Of a stretch of DNA of 64,000 bases, positions 30,967-40,815 are shown in pieces. The stretch lies in the NCBI GenBank assembly GCA_934754495.1, contig CAKVHW010000002.1:138925-202924 (forward strand), read 5' to 3'. The stretch comes from an uncultured Clostridia bacterium (lineage in GTDB: Bacteria; Bacillota; Clostridia; Christensenellales; UBA1242). Made by a program: the position numbers and the translations under genes. Numbering within the stretch: position 1 is the first letter of the stretch; the number at the start of each line of letters is the position of its first letter. Under the pieces are notes generated by a model. The model saw only the letters and a list, made by a program, of their open reading frames with translations. It was not told the DNA's origin and did no database searches.

Positions 30967-32087
30967 TAGAAAAATCCCCAAACGTAAGTAAATATTGTGA
31001 TAAGTGCACCCATAAATAGCGAGCAAACAAGGAAAATGTTGTCTTTAAAATTGGTCTTATACACCCTTGTTTGTTTTGGCATAATAACATCAAGCGGGCT
31101 TTTCATTTCTTCATAGTTAAGGTTAATCATGGTGTTGTTTTCAAGCACATCTTGCAACACCTTGCCCTTTTCAATAATAACAGGCTCATCGCTTGCACCA
31201 TTGTTGTAAACCTTAGCAATAGCCTTGTTTATTTTTCTTAAAATGGATTGTTTAAATAACAATACCATAAAATAATATAGCAACAAAGCCACAATACTCA
31301 ACACAACAAAACACACCACACATAGTACTATAAAGTTAAGACTTTGAAGCGATGTAAAAATATTTTTGTAATTTCCTAAAAACCAATGATTTACTTCGGC
31401 GAAATCTAGGTACACGGCAATAAAGTTGTTGGTGAAGTGAATAATAATTGGAACCCAAATATTTTTGGCAACAACACTCGCAAAGCCCATAATAAGACCA
31501 ATCACAATAGCATAAGCCACTTGATTAATATTGAAGTGAAGTAGTCCAAAACATATGGACGAAATTATAATTGCTCTTGTAAAACCTGCGTGTTTTGTGC
31601 CCTGCAAAAGTAGTCCCCTATGCAAGAATTCTTCACAAAGAGCAGGAAGCAATGCAACTGTAAGAACCTGCAAGAAAAAACTTGACACACTATAATCGGC
31701 TTCAACACCAGTAAACGAAAGCGGTGTTTGATAACCAGTAAATGTAATAATTCCACTAAAAATACTAGAAACTATAATATTTAAAACAAATGCAATTAAT
31801 CCTAGTCCAATGCTAACAAGTATAACAGGAACAGAAGTTTTTTCATAGTTGCAAGTCTTGAACACGGCTTTTGGTTTCACCTTTAAAAAGCACATATATA
31901 GCACAAAAGGAATTAAAAACATTATACCCACTTGTATTATAATCGTGTAAATTACATCACTTAATTTGGCATCCATTTTAGAAAACATACCAAGCGATGC
32001 CCCAATTCGAACACCGCAAAATAGAATCATAGAAATGAAGTAAATTAAGTATGTTTTAAAAATAGATTTCTTTTTCTGTTCTTCCAT
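30966..32087 (-). CDS. CPBP family intramembrane glutamic endopeptidase (CAAX/Abi type)
   Basis: Polytopic protein with EEFLHRG, FGLLH and HFTNN motifs. Confidence 0.8.
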   Translation of the reverse strand: MEEQKKKSIFKTYLIYFISMILFCGVRIGASLGMFSKMDAKLSDVIYTIIIQVGIMFLIPFVLYMCFLKVKPKAVFKTCNYEKTSVPVILVSIGLGLIAFVLNIIVSSIFSGIITFTGYQTPLSFTGVEADYSVSSFFLQVLTVALLPALCEEFLHRGLLLQGTKHAGFTRAIIISSICFGLLHFNINQVAYAIVIGLIMGFASVVAKNIWVPIIIHFTNNFIAVYLDFAEVNHWFLGNYKNIFTSLQSLNFIVLCVVCFVVLSIVALLLYYFMVLLFKQSILRKINKAIAKVYNNGASDEPVIIEKGKVLQDVLENNTMINLNYEEMKSPLDVIMPKQTRVYKTNFKDNIFLVCSLFMGALITIFTYVWGFF

Positions 32088-32095
32088 ATATCTCC

Positions 32096-33148
32096 CTAAA
32101 ATGAATTACAAATCCAAATAATTAGCCCAACAATAAGGCTAGAATAAAAATAAAATTTTTCGTTAAAATCAAACGACAAAACAAACTCTTTAAAACCAAG
32201 TTTTTTGTCTTGTTGTTCCACAATAATTGTGTCACCCTCAACCACAACATCTTCTGTTTCGCTGTGTTTGTTTATTTTCTTTAACAACCAGATAAATAGC
32301 ACCGCAACAATTGTTGCCATAACAGCAATTGCAATTGCAAACATGTATCCGCCAAAGTTTTGACTAAATCCGTTTAAAAAACTATTATATCCGCCAACTA
32401 ATTCAAGCAGAACAACAATCGCATTGTTAAGGAAGTGGAATATCATTGAAAATAAAATGTTTCCGGTGTAATATGCCACAAATCCTAGCATAACACCCAA
32501 TATTAGTTGATAAAATGTTTGTTGCAAACTTCCATGCATTAAGCAAAACATTACAGCACTTAGTAAAACGCTTGCCACCCCAGATGCTCGTCTTGAAAAT
32601 CCTCTTAGCATAATGCCTCTAAACAAAAGTTCTTCAGCAATAGCAGGAAGCACAGCATATGCCACAAATCCTAATATTATTCTCCACCATGTATTCATAG
32701 GAAACATAGGGTTTGAATTCAAATTGCCAATGCCTGCATTAGTAAATGCAGTTAGTATCATGTTGATTATTGGCATAAAGCCCACAATTGTAATTCCAAC
32801 CAAAGTAAATGTTATTACTAGCGACCAAATATTGAATTTTTTAGTAGGCGCAACTGCTGACTTTGCATTAATATTATTAACCTTGTTGTACACCAAAAAC
32901 ACGCCAAAAAATGATAGCGGAACAATTAGCAATGCAACATAACAGGCAAAAGGTGTTTTAATTAAATCCGCATAACTTCCCTTGTAAAAGATGTTAATAA
33001 TAAACATTAGAATCATGTAAAAAACACTTGCTAGTATGTTGATTGCTAGCACATAAAAGAATGTTCGCACACCGTCAAGCACATTGTAATTGTTGCGGAT
33101 TTTATTTTCTTTTAAGTTGTTGTTTAAATTATTATCAAATTTTTCCAT
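32096..33148 (-). CDS. CPBP family intramembrane glutamic endopeptidase (CAAX/Abi type)
   Basis: Polytopic protein with EELLFRG, FCLMH and HFLNN motifs. An 8-nt gap separates it from the second CPBP gene. Confidence 0.8.
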   Translation of the reverse strand: MEKFDNNLNNNLKENKIRNNYNVLDGVRTFFYVLAINILASVFYMILMFIINIFYKGSYADLIKTPFACYVALLIVPLSFFGVFLVYNKVNNINAKSAVAPTKKFNIWSLVITFTLVGITIVGFMPIINMILTAFTNAGIGNLNSNPMFPMNTWWRIILGFVAYAVLPAIAEELLFRGIMLRGFSRRASGVASVLLSAVMFCLMHGSLQQTFYQLILGVMLGFVAYYTGNILFSMIFHFLNNAIVVLLELVGGYNSFLNGFSQNFGGYMFAIAIAVMATIVAVLFIWLLKKINKHSETEDVVVEGDTIIVEQQDKKLGFKEFVLSFDFNEKFYFYSSLIVGLIIWICNSF

Positions 33149-33206
33149 ATTAATATTATATATTAATAATATTAAATATGCAAGTTTCTTCTTTCAAATT
33201 CTAGTT

Positions 33207-33242
33207 AAATAAAAATAAGCAACTTTTAATTGCTTATTTTTT
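33207..33242 (-). terminator. Rho-independent terminator downstream of the HtrA-like gene
   Basis: AATAAGCAA (33214-33222) pairs with TTGCTTATT (33230-33238), overlapping the stop codon. A T-run follows on the minus strand. Confidence 0.6.
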
Positions 33243-34241
33243 CGACAAGGTTATGTTCACCTTATTATTATTTTGACCATTAAAATATGTAAGTTCTATC
33301 GTGTCACCTTGCTTGTGTTTGTATAATTCATTTCTAAGGTCTAAAGCATTTGTAATCACCTTGCCATTAATGCCAATAATTACATTTCCATTTTCTAATC
33401 CTGCTAATTTTAGCGGACTATTTTCTGCAATATTTTCAAGGTAAAACCCACTTTTTACTGCACTTAAATTTTTAAATTCTGCTATTTCTGCATCATAACC
33501 ATAAGCCCCTAAATATGGTGTATTATAGGCGTTGTTTGACCCTACAACATTTTTTAACAAACTGGAAAAACTTTTAACTGGAATAGCAAAACCTATTCCT
33601 TCGCCACCACTTATTTTTAATGTGTTTATTCCCACAACTTCGCCATTTAGATTAAGAAGTGGTCCACCACTATTGCCAGGGTTAAGGCTTGCATCATGCT
33701 GAATAAGGTTTTGCATATAACTTTCGCCATTCTTTCCATTAACTCTTTAAGTTCTATTTAGTGCACTCACTATTCCTTTAGTAAAAGAGTGTTTTAGTAG
33801 TAGGCTAAGTGGTGTTCCTATTGCCACAACATCTTGTCCAACATCAATTTGGTCATCATTTGAAAGTTCAAGATACGGCAAACCAATTTCCGACCTTATT
33901 ATTGCAATATCTTGCGAATCATCACCCCACACATATGTGGCATTAGTAGTGTCGCCATTGGACAAATACAGCACAATGCTATCCTTATTAGTAAGCACAT
34001 GGCAGTTTGTAAGAACATATCCGCCACCAGCAACACACACTCCACTACCTACACTTTGTTCACCACCGCTTGTGCTTACCACACCCACCACAGCAGGTGT
34101 AACTTCCTTAGCAAGTTCGGTCACACTAGCATAATTGTTGCCTTCTATTAATTTCTCACCAAGACTCATGGTTTTGGCTGCTGGACTACTACACCCCATA
34201 ATTAAAAAAGCGCAAATAAAAAATAACACAAATTTTCTCAT
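33234..34241 (-). pseudogene. HtrA/DegP-family serine protease (lipoprotein, trypsin-like domain plus PDZ) interrupted by one in-frame TAA at 33747-33749
   Basis: The track ORFs 33747..34241 and 33234..33716 are in the same frame. The upstream ORF carries lipobox LIMGC, His in TNCHV and Asp in DIAII. The downstream ORF carries GNSGGPLL and a PDZ-like tail. The junction reads ...[38 protein letters not shown]. Confidence 0.8.
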
Positions 34242-34295
34242 ATAATTTCACCTTTTATATGATATATTTTGTGTCATTTTTTGTGGTTTTATTTG

Positions 34296-35087
34296 TTATT
34301 TTAAATAAAAAATATTACTAAATCCGTTGGCTGGAGCAACGTCAATTTTAATATGAGTACCTTCCAAAATTCCAAATCTAGACAAGTACTCACAAATGGT
34401 ATTATATGCAAGTTCTGGAGTGTTGTTTTCTTCGCTAAGGTGGGCAAGCAGAATTTGTTTTACACCACTATTTATTAGTTTTAATATTACTTCGGCAGAC
34501 TGCATATTATTTAAGTGTCCGCTTTTACCTAAGATACGTTGTTTTAGCATATATGGATAGTTTTGGTTGTTTTGAAGCATTTTTACATCGTGATTACTTT
34601 CTAGCACAACAAGTTTGCTTCCCATAAGGTTTTTAATAATCTCGTCATCGCAATAACCAAGGTCCGTTGCAATTGATGCTCTATTGCCATTTTCCTCAAA
34701 TGTAAAGCCCACACAACTTGATGCATCGTGCGGAAGTTTGAATGCTCTTACAATAAAGTCGCCAATTCTAAAAGGCAAATCTTCAAAGCATAAAATGTTG
34801 TCAAGATTAACATTGCCAAGTTTTGTAATAAGTTTTTCATATCCGTCAAGGTGACAGTATAGCGGAGTGCCATATTTTCGCATAAACGCACCAATATTTT
34901 TAGTATGATCTACATGCTCGTGAGTGTTTAAAATCGCAGTAATTTCATGCGGATTAATGCCTAGTTTATTAAGTTTTTCTTCTAAATAACTTATCGTTAC
35001 GCCTACGTCTACAAGTATTTTAGTGTTGTCGGTATAAAACAAAACACAATTACCCTTAGACGAACTGGCAAGTGTACATACTCTCAT
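34296..35087 (-). CDS. MBL-fold metallo-hydrolase, WalJ/YycJ-like
   Basis: HEHVDH (HxHxDH) motif and an N-terminus MRVCTLASSSKGN like YycJ. It is followed by an HtrA-type gene, as in the walJ-htrC arrangement. The track's alternative GTG start is at 35111. Confidence 0.8.
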   Translation of the reverse strand: MRVCTLASSSKGNCVLFYTDNTKILVDVGVTISYLEEKLNKLGINPHEITAILNTHEHVDHTKNIGAFMRKYGTPLYCHLDGYEKLITKLGNVNLDNILCFEDLPFRIGDFIVRAFKLPHDASSCVGFTFEENGNRASIATDLGYCDDEIIKNLMGSKLVVLESNHDVKMLQNNQNYPYMLKQRILGKSGHLNNMQSAEVILKLINSGVKQILLAHLSEENNTPELAYNTICEYLSRFGILEGTHIKIDVAPANGFSNIFYLK

Positions 35088-35247
35088 TGTTTCGTCCTTT
35101 TTTTGTAACACAAAATATATTACACTAAACCCTCTTTTTTGTAAAGTACATTTTCAAGACCAATTTTTGTAAATGTAAATTATAACAATTTTCACTTGTT
35201 ATTTTAGACAATTGAAATTGCGTAAATTATCAAGATTATAAAAGCAA

Positions 35248-35272
35248 CAAAAAAAGTGCTGAGTGGCACTTT
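35248..35272 (-). terminator. Rho-independent terminator downstream of the M1 peptidase gene
   Basis: aaaaAAGTGCtgagtgGCACTTtttt. The stem is short, and a T-run follows on the minus strand. Confidence 0.5.
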
Positions 35273-35278
35273 TTTCGA

Positions 35279-36763
35279 TTACTCTACACTATAAATCACA
35301 ACCTTGCCGTTAATCCAGCTATCAAAAAAGCCTTTCATTTCACATGACATTGTTTTTTCAAAAACGCCAATTAAGTGGCTAGGATTAACATTTTGGAATT
35401 TGTATGTTTCAAAATATTTTTTAAGAGCCTTTAAAAACTTTTCGTCACCACAATTTTCACGAAGACTATCAAATAGCAAAACTCCCTTAACATAGGCAAT
35501 ATACACATATTCTGGCTCTGTGTCAAATTTAGAAAGTGGTCTATTCATACTAGTATCAACCTTACCCAAAACCTTGGTGTACACATCTACAAAGGTTACA
35601 TATGAATTAGTTGTGTTTTTAATAATTTCATCAAAATTTACTTCATATTCTGGGTTGTTTTTGTAGAATAGTGCTGTTGAATAATCAGTAAGACCTTCAT
35701 CTAGCCAACCATAATCAAACTCATTATTCCCCACTAGCCCATACCACCACTGATGGGCAGTTTCGTGAATAATAACATTTTGATAATCCTTAAAATTTTC
35801 GTAAGCATCACTAATCATAACAAGATTAGGATACTCCATTCCACCATGAATAAAATTGGTTTTCACCACACTAAAAGTAGAATATGGATAAGTGCCAAAA
35901 AGTTTGTTAAAGGTCTTAATGCTATCAACGGCCGTTTTTAGACTTTCATTAAAATTAACATCATTATAATAATAGTACTTCACATTAACATTTTGATATT
36001 TTTCACTTACAACACTAAATTTATCGCTTAAGCAAAATGCAAAATCTCTTACCGCTTTAGCTGTGATTTTATATTTTTTACACTCCCCTACATCTTCCTG
36101 TTTTTCCACTTTGCCAGTGTTTGCAACAACCATTTCACTTGGCACTGTTAAAGTCACGTTGTAATTAGCCACATCGCTATAAAACGGATCACCATTAGAG
36201 TTGTAGGGATCTAAGTTCCACTCACCATCATACACTGCCACAATTGGGTAAAAGTTTGCCACATTCACAACATTTTCGCCATACCCAAATCGATGATTAC
36301 AATTAGGAATAATCACCTTATATGATATGGTTAGCTTTATACGGTCGTCTGGTTTTAATCCTTTGGTTTCAATCGCCAAAATGTCGTTGTCGTCCCCTTC
36401 ATAGCAAGGCGAAACATCGCTATTATCAACACGCAAAGTGTTTATTTCTATATCTCCATAACTACTACCATTAGGATATGCTTTTTTAATTTGCAATGTG
36501 TTTACAGGTCTATTTTTAGCACCTTCACTAAAAGCCTTAGGGTACAAGTGCAAATATATTTTATCAAAACCAACATTACTAGAATTAATGTAATTAATGC
36601 TTTGGTTAACATCTAGTGTATAGTCGTTATTATATATAATCTCCATATCATAACTAGAAAGATTTTTACTTGCTTTCTTTATTTCAAGTTCGGTTTTGCT
36701 TGTACATGCCACAAGCCCAAAACACGAAACAGCACAAAATAAAAATGCCACAAATTTTTTCAT
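35279..36763 (-). CDS. M1-family zinc metallopeptidase lipoprotein
   Basis: HETAHQWWYG...WLDEGL (HExxH plus E) and lipobox GLVAC. ATG 36763 follows AAAGGTGG; the track's GTG is at 36772. Confidence 0.8.
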   Translation of the reverse strand: MKKFVAFLFCAVSCFGLVACTSKTELEIKKASKNLSSYDMEIIYNNDYTLDVNQSINYINSSNVGFDKIYLHLYPKAFSEGAKNRPVNTLQIKKAYPNGSSYGDIEINTLRVDNSDVSPCYEGDDNDILAIETKGLKPDDRIKLTISYKVIIPNCNHRFGYGENVVNVANFYPIVAVYDGEWNLDPYNSNGDPFYSDVANYNVTLTVPSEMVVANTGKVEKQEDVGECKKYKITAKAVRDFAFCLSDKFSVVSEKYQNVNVKYYYYNDVNFNESLKTAVDSIKTFNKLFGTYPYSTFSVVKTNFIHGGMEYPNLVMISDAYENFKDYQNVIIHETAHQWWYGLVGNNEFDYGWLDEGLTDYSTALFYKNNPEYEVNFDEIIKNTTNSYVTFVDVYTKVLGKVDTSMNRPLSKFDTEPEYVYIAYVKGVLLFDSLRENCGDEKFLKALKKYFETYKFQNVNPSHLIGVFEKTMSCEMKGFFDSWINGKVVIYSVE

Positions 36764-36822
36764 TTTAACCACCTTTTAAAGTAAAGTTAAAATATTATAT
36801 TTATGGCATTTTTAAAATATGT

Positions 36823-39531
36823 TTAATAATATTGTTTTATAATACTTCCTTCTTCGTTGCTATTTTTAGTCACAACAATTCGGTTGTTAATGTAAGTTTG
36901 CATTTTTTCAACGTGCGAAATAAATCCAACAGTAAAGCCCAGTTTAATAAGAGCATCAAAACTATTAAGCACGTTTTCAATATAGTTGTCGCTAAGGCTT
37001 CCAAAACCTTCATCAATAAAGAAGAAGTTAAATTTCTTATTGTTGTTGATTGCAATACTTTGAGATATTCCTAGAGCCAAACTAAGCGAAATAATAAATC
37101 TTTCACCACCACTAAGCGTCTTAACGCCACGTGTAATTCCACCATTAAAGTTGTCTACAACATAAAATTCACCAGCATACTTTAACATGTATTTTCCTTT
37201 GCTAATATTGTAAACAAACTTATTGCTAAATTGGGTAATAAGTTGCATATACTCTTCCGACACATAATCAAGAAGTTTTCCATTAGCAGTAAGGGTCGCT
37301 AGTTCATTTACAGCATCAAGTTGTTTTTGAACCTTATTCTTTTCTTCTTTTAAAGACTCAACTTTCTTTAATGTTTCGGCATATTGCCCCACTGCTTGTT
37401 TTGCAAGTGCCACATTTATGCTATAAGACTTAATACTACTTTCCAACACTTCAATATGTTCGTATTCTTTTTTAACATCTTCGTCACTTACATATTTACC
37501 ATCAAGCCTATCTTTAAGTTCTTTTATTTTACTTGTAATAAGTTCGTATTTAGTTTCGTAGTCTTCAACGTTTTGTTTCGCATCTTCTAGTTTTTCGGCA
37601 TCAAGGTACAACATATTGTCACAAACCATATCTTTTGTTGACTTTATGTTAAGTTTCTTAATTTCACCCTCAACTTCTTTAAGTTGTTTTTTATAATTTT
37701 CCAAAACCGTAACATTTACTTCAATAGAAACAACTGTTTTATTTTTCTCATCGTTAAGTTCAATTTTTCTTAAGTTTCCTTTATTGATTACTTCGGTTAA
37801 GTTTTCAACACTTTTATATAGTTTGTCGTATTGTTTTTCATCTCCGTAAGTTTTTAGTTCTTCCTTACACTCTTCAAGTTGTGTCTTAATTTTTCTTACT
37901 TCGTCCTTAGCATCTTGCAATGCAAATTGCTTATCGGTTATCTGATTTTCGCAAACCGCTTTATCCATTTTAATACGTTCTAGTTGAACTCTAATATCTT
38001 CGTTTTGTTTAATTAGTTTTCCATTTGCATTGTCAAGGTCACGTTGCAATTTTTCAAGGTCTTTATTATATCTAGCAAGAGTATTGTAGTCGTCTTGAAG
38101 CCCCAAAACTTGTTTTCGTGTTTTTGTTTCGTAATCACTTAGACTACTTAATAAATTATTTACTTCTTTATGAATGTCAAATTGATATACTTCTTCTAGT
38201 GCCTCAGGTGTAATTAAAGTTTGAGCAAAGTTAATATAATCTAGCACACTTTCAATTGTTTTAACATTCTTAACATCTCTAAGTTTGTCAAGAACATCGT
38301 TGTTATCAGAAATTGTGTTGGTTAAGTTTTTGCTTACTTTTTCATTTTCATCTACAAGTTTTTTGTAGTCAGCAAGGGTTTCTTTAAGGCTTCTAATATC
38401 ATCAGTAAGGTCTTCCACTTCTTGCTCTGTTAGTTTCTTTTGGCTTTCCAACTGACCAATTTTTGCAACACAGGCAATTCGTTTTTCTTTAGTGTCTTCA
38501 AGATGTTTTAAACTTGCCTTATCTTCTTTTAACTTCTTAGAATTTTCTTCAATTTCATCATCTAATCTTTCAAGTTCTTCTGTTGCATTTAATAGCAATT
38601 CCCTATCATCTTTTAATTCCAAAGTAGTATTGCTAATTTCTTTTTCAAGGTTGTTTTTCTTGCCAAGTTTTAAACTATATTCACCATATTTTAAAGTGAA
38701 TTCTATTTGCTTTTTAAGTTCCTCAATTTCTTTTTTCTCGCTGTTAATCAAAACAAGTTCTGTTTCTTTAGTGTTAAGTTCTTTAGTAAGTTGTAAGTTT
38801 TTAACAAGCTCTTCGTAGTTTTTCTTACGTGTTTTTAGTTCTACTTCTGCTTTTTCAAGTTGTTTTGCATTGTCTTCCAAATTAGATTTAACAACTTCAA
38901 CACTTGATTCGTCAATATTTCCAAGCATTGCAATTTTTTCTTGAATATTAAGTTTTTGCATTGTTACCATATCACGTTTGCGACGCAATTTTTCTTGCAA
39001 GTTTGTTCCAAAATCTTCCAAGTTAAATAGTTTTGCAATGGTCTTTTTCCTGTTTGCAGGAGTATCCATTAAAAATCTATCAAACTCGCCTTGTGGCAAT
39101 GCGATGCATTTTAAGAATTCTTTTTTGCCCACGCCCACAAGTTTTAGAATATAATCATTAACCATATCGGTTTGTTCAGCCAAAACTGCATTTGTTTTTG
39201 CATCAAGAATTACAGCATCACTTTTAACACCGCTTGCCCTAACCTTATAGTCACGCTTAACAATAAATGTGCGGTTTTTACCATTTTCTTCACATTCAAA
39301 AGTGAAGTAAATGTGAGCATCTTTACTATTAACATTAATAATATTAGGTATTGTTTCCCTATCGGACGAACCATATAGAGCAATTATAATTGAGTCCAAA
39401 ATTGTGGTTTTCCCACTACCAGTTTCGCCAAAAACACCAAAAAGTTTTGATTGTGACAACTTGTCAAAACAAACTTCCTGCTCAGACACATAACTATTAA
39501 TACCTTTTATTTTCAAATTAATTGGCTTCAT
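36823..39531 (-). CDS. sbcC: SbcC-family exonuclease ATPase subunit
   Basis: Walker A GETGSGKTT, a long coiled-coil, LSGGERF signature and Walker B FFFIDEGFGSL. 14-nt overlap with sbcD. Confidence 0.85.
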   Translation of the reverse strand: MKPINLKIKGINSYVSEQEVCFDKLSQSKLFGVFGETGSGKTTILDSIIIALYGSSDRETIPNIINVNSKDAHIYFTFECEENGKNRTFIVKRDYKVRASGVKSDAVILDAKTNAVLAEQTDMVNDYILKLVGVGKKEFLKCIALPQGEFDRFLMDTPANRKKTIAKLFNLEDFGTNLQEKLRRKRDMVTMQKLNIQEKIAMLGNIDESSVEVVKSNLEDNAKQLEKAEVELKTRKKNYEELVKNLQLTKELNTKETELVLINSEKKEIEELKKQIEFTLKYGEYSLKLGKKNNLEKEISNTTLELKDDRELLLNATEELERLDDEIEENSKKLKEDKASLKHLEDTKEKRIACVAKIGQLESQKKLTEQEVEDLTDDIRSLKETLADYKKLVDENEKVSKNLTNTISDNNDVLDKLRDVKNVKTIESVLDYINFAQTLITPEALEEVYQFDIHKEVNNLLSSLSDYETKTRKQVLGLQDDYNTLARYNKDLEKLQRDLDNANGKLIKQNEDIRVQLERIKMDKAVCENQITDKQFALQDAKDEVRKIKTQLEECKEELKTYGDEKQYDKLYKSVENLTEVINKGNLRKIELNDEKNKTVVSIEVNVTVLENYKKQLKEVEGEIKKLNIKSTKDMVCDNMLYLDAEKLEDAKQNVEDYETKYELITSKIKELKDRLDGKYVSDEDVKKEYEHIEVLESSIKSYSINVALAKQAVGQYAETLKKVESLKEEKNKVQKQLDAVNELATLTANGKLLDYVSEEYMQLITQFSNKFVYNISKGKYMLKYAGEFYVVDNFNGGITRGVKTLSGGERFIISLSLALGISQSIAINNNKKFNFFFIDEGFGSLSDNYIENVLNSFDALIKLGFTVGFISHVEKMQTYINNRIVVTKNSNEEGSIIKQYY

Positions 39532-40717
39532 ACAAATCTTCCCCCATTAATTCCAAAAATAATTCCTTAACTTCAGGTTTTGCTTCTTTGCCAGTAACAG
39601 CAAGAGCAAATTTATCAAATATTTCCGAAGTAGTAAGGTCTTTTTTGCTTTCAATATTTTCACCCAACAACAACTCTTCATTAAGCACACTAAAAGTAAT
39701 TAGATTTGGGTGTCTAGCTCTAAGTTCTTTAAGTTGTTCGAATGTAATACTTCCGTTTTGCTTTAAGGTCGCCTTAATATAATCATCTTTAGCAACATCG
39801 CAGAATTTTTCAATTTCTTCTAATGAGTCTGATGTAAAAGTAACCATTCTCTTTACATCTAGCTGAACAGGCTCTAAATTCTTTACCCCTGTATTATCTA
39901 CATCAGCAACAATTACAAACTTATCGTTGTTAACATCGGCAAAAAAGTTGTTAATAAGCGAACCACTATAATAAATGTTTTTATTCTTATCAACTTTTAT
40001 TAATTTATGAATATGCCCAAGAGCAACATAATCAGCCCCAAGATCTAACACGTTTCTATCTATAAAATCTATTGTACTAGCGACACTTCCATATTCGTCA
40101 ATTTCTTCACTACCCAAATCTATACCATAAGTAAGTAAGTGTGCGGTTAGAATATTAACAGACTCTGGCTTAAATTCCTTAACAGCAGGTGCAAGCCATT
40201 TTCTAATTTTGTCATCAAACTTATCGTTTTCGTTTTTGGTATCACCATATCTATAGTACGATGGGTATGGCAAACAAGCCACAACAACGTCTTCGCCTGC
40301 TTTGGTTTTAAATTTTATGTATCCTGTTCCACAACTAGTGGCATATATATTTTTATCACGATTTGCATTTTTTGTAATTTTAATATCGTTAATATCGCCC
40401 ACCAAAAAGATGTTAAACTTGCTTGTGAAAAGCCCAGCATTAGACATTCTTTTTGGATCGTCATGATTGCCCGCAATAACAACAACGGCAGTGTTTCCGT
40501 TGTTACTAAGTTCGCTAACTGTGCGATAAAACAAGTTTTCGGCATCTGCAGATGGTACAAAACTATTGTAAATATCTCCAGCAACGATAACCATATCAAC
40601 TTTTTTATCTTTTGCAATTTTTATTATTTGGTCTAAGGCTTGTTTTTGTTCGTCAAGTCTATCTAGGTCATCAGTTTTTTTACCTAAATGCCAATCGGCA
40701 GTATGTAAAATTCTCAT
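39518..40717 (-). CDS. sbcD: SbcD-family exonuclease nuclease subunit
   Basis: MRILHTADWHLGK, GDIYN, AGNHD and GHIH phosphoesterase motifs. Confidence 0.9.
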   Translation of the reverse strand: MRILHTADWHLGKKTDDLDRLDEQKQALDQIIKIAKDKKVDMVIVAGDIYNSFVPSADAENLFYRTVSELSNNGNTAVVVIAGNHDDPKRMSNAGLFTSKFNIFLVGDINDIKITKNANRDKNIYATSCGTGYIKFKTKAGEDVVVACLPYPSYYRYGDTKNENDKFDDKIRKWLAPAVKEFKPESVNILTAHLLTYGIDLGSEEIDEYGSVASTIDFIDRNVLDLGADYVALGHIHKLIKVDKNKNIYYSGSLINNFFADVNNDKFVIVADVDNTGVKNLEPVQLDVKRMVTFTSDSLEEIEKFCDVAKDDYIKATLKQNGSITFEQLKELRARHPNLITFSVLNEELLLGENIESKKDLTTSEIFDKFALAVTGKEAKPEVKELFLELMGEDLYEAN

Positions 40718-40744
40718 AATACTTCTCCATTTTTCATTAAAAAT

Positions 40745-40773
40745 ATTATATCATACAATGTTTATATTAGAAA
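40745..40773 (-). promoter_or_regulatory. Putative extended -10 promoter of sbcDC
   Basis: The minus strand reads TGaTATAAT (-10 at 40750-40745) with a weak -35 (TTCTAA) about 17 nt upstream. It lies directly after the upstream terminator. Confidence 0.4.
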
Positions 40774-40810
40774 ATAAAAAAAGGGCAGAAAATAAATTTT
40801 CTAACCCTTT
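40774..40810 (-). terminator. Rho-independent terminator after the 316/327-aa orphan gene
   Basis: AGGGCAGAAAA (40782-40792) pairs imperfectly with TTTTCTAACCCT (40797-40808). A T-run follows on the minus strand. Confidence 0.55.
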
Positions 40811-40815
40811 AAATA

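Noticed and set aside
33747-33749. Programmed recoding (selenocysteine, pyrrolysine or a reassigned stop) at the in-frame stop in the HtrA gene.
   Set aside because: The codon is TAA, not TGA or TAG. TAA serves as a normal terminator for many genes here. I saw no SECIS-like or stimulatory hairpin immediately downstream. A nonsense mutation or a sequencing error is more parsimonious.
36823-40717. SbcC/SbcD-like pair as part of a phage-defence system (Lamassu, Wadjet or Gabija-like), given the adjacent orphan genes.
   Set aside because: The gene order (sbcD then sbcC with overlap), sizes and motifs are those of housekeeping SbcCD. The orphan genes are separated from it by a terminator and a promoter.
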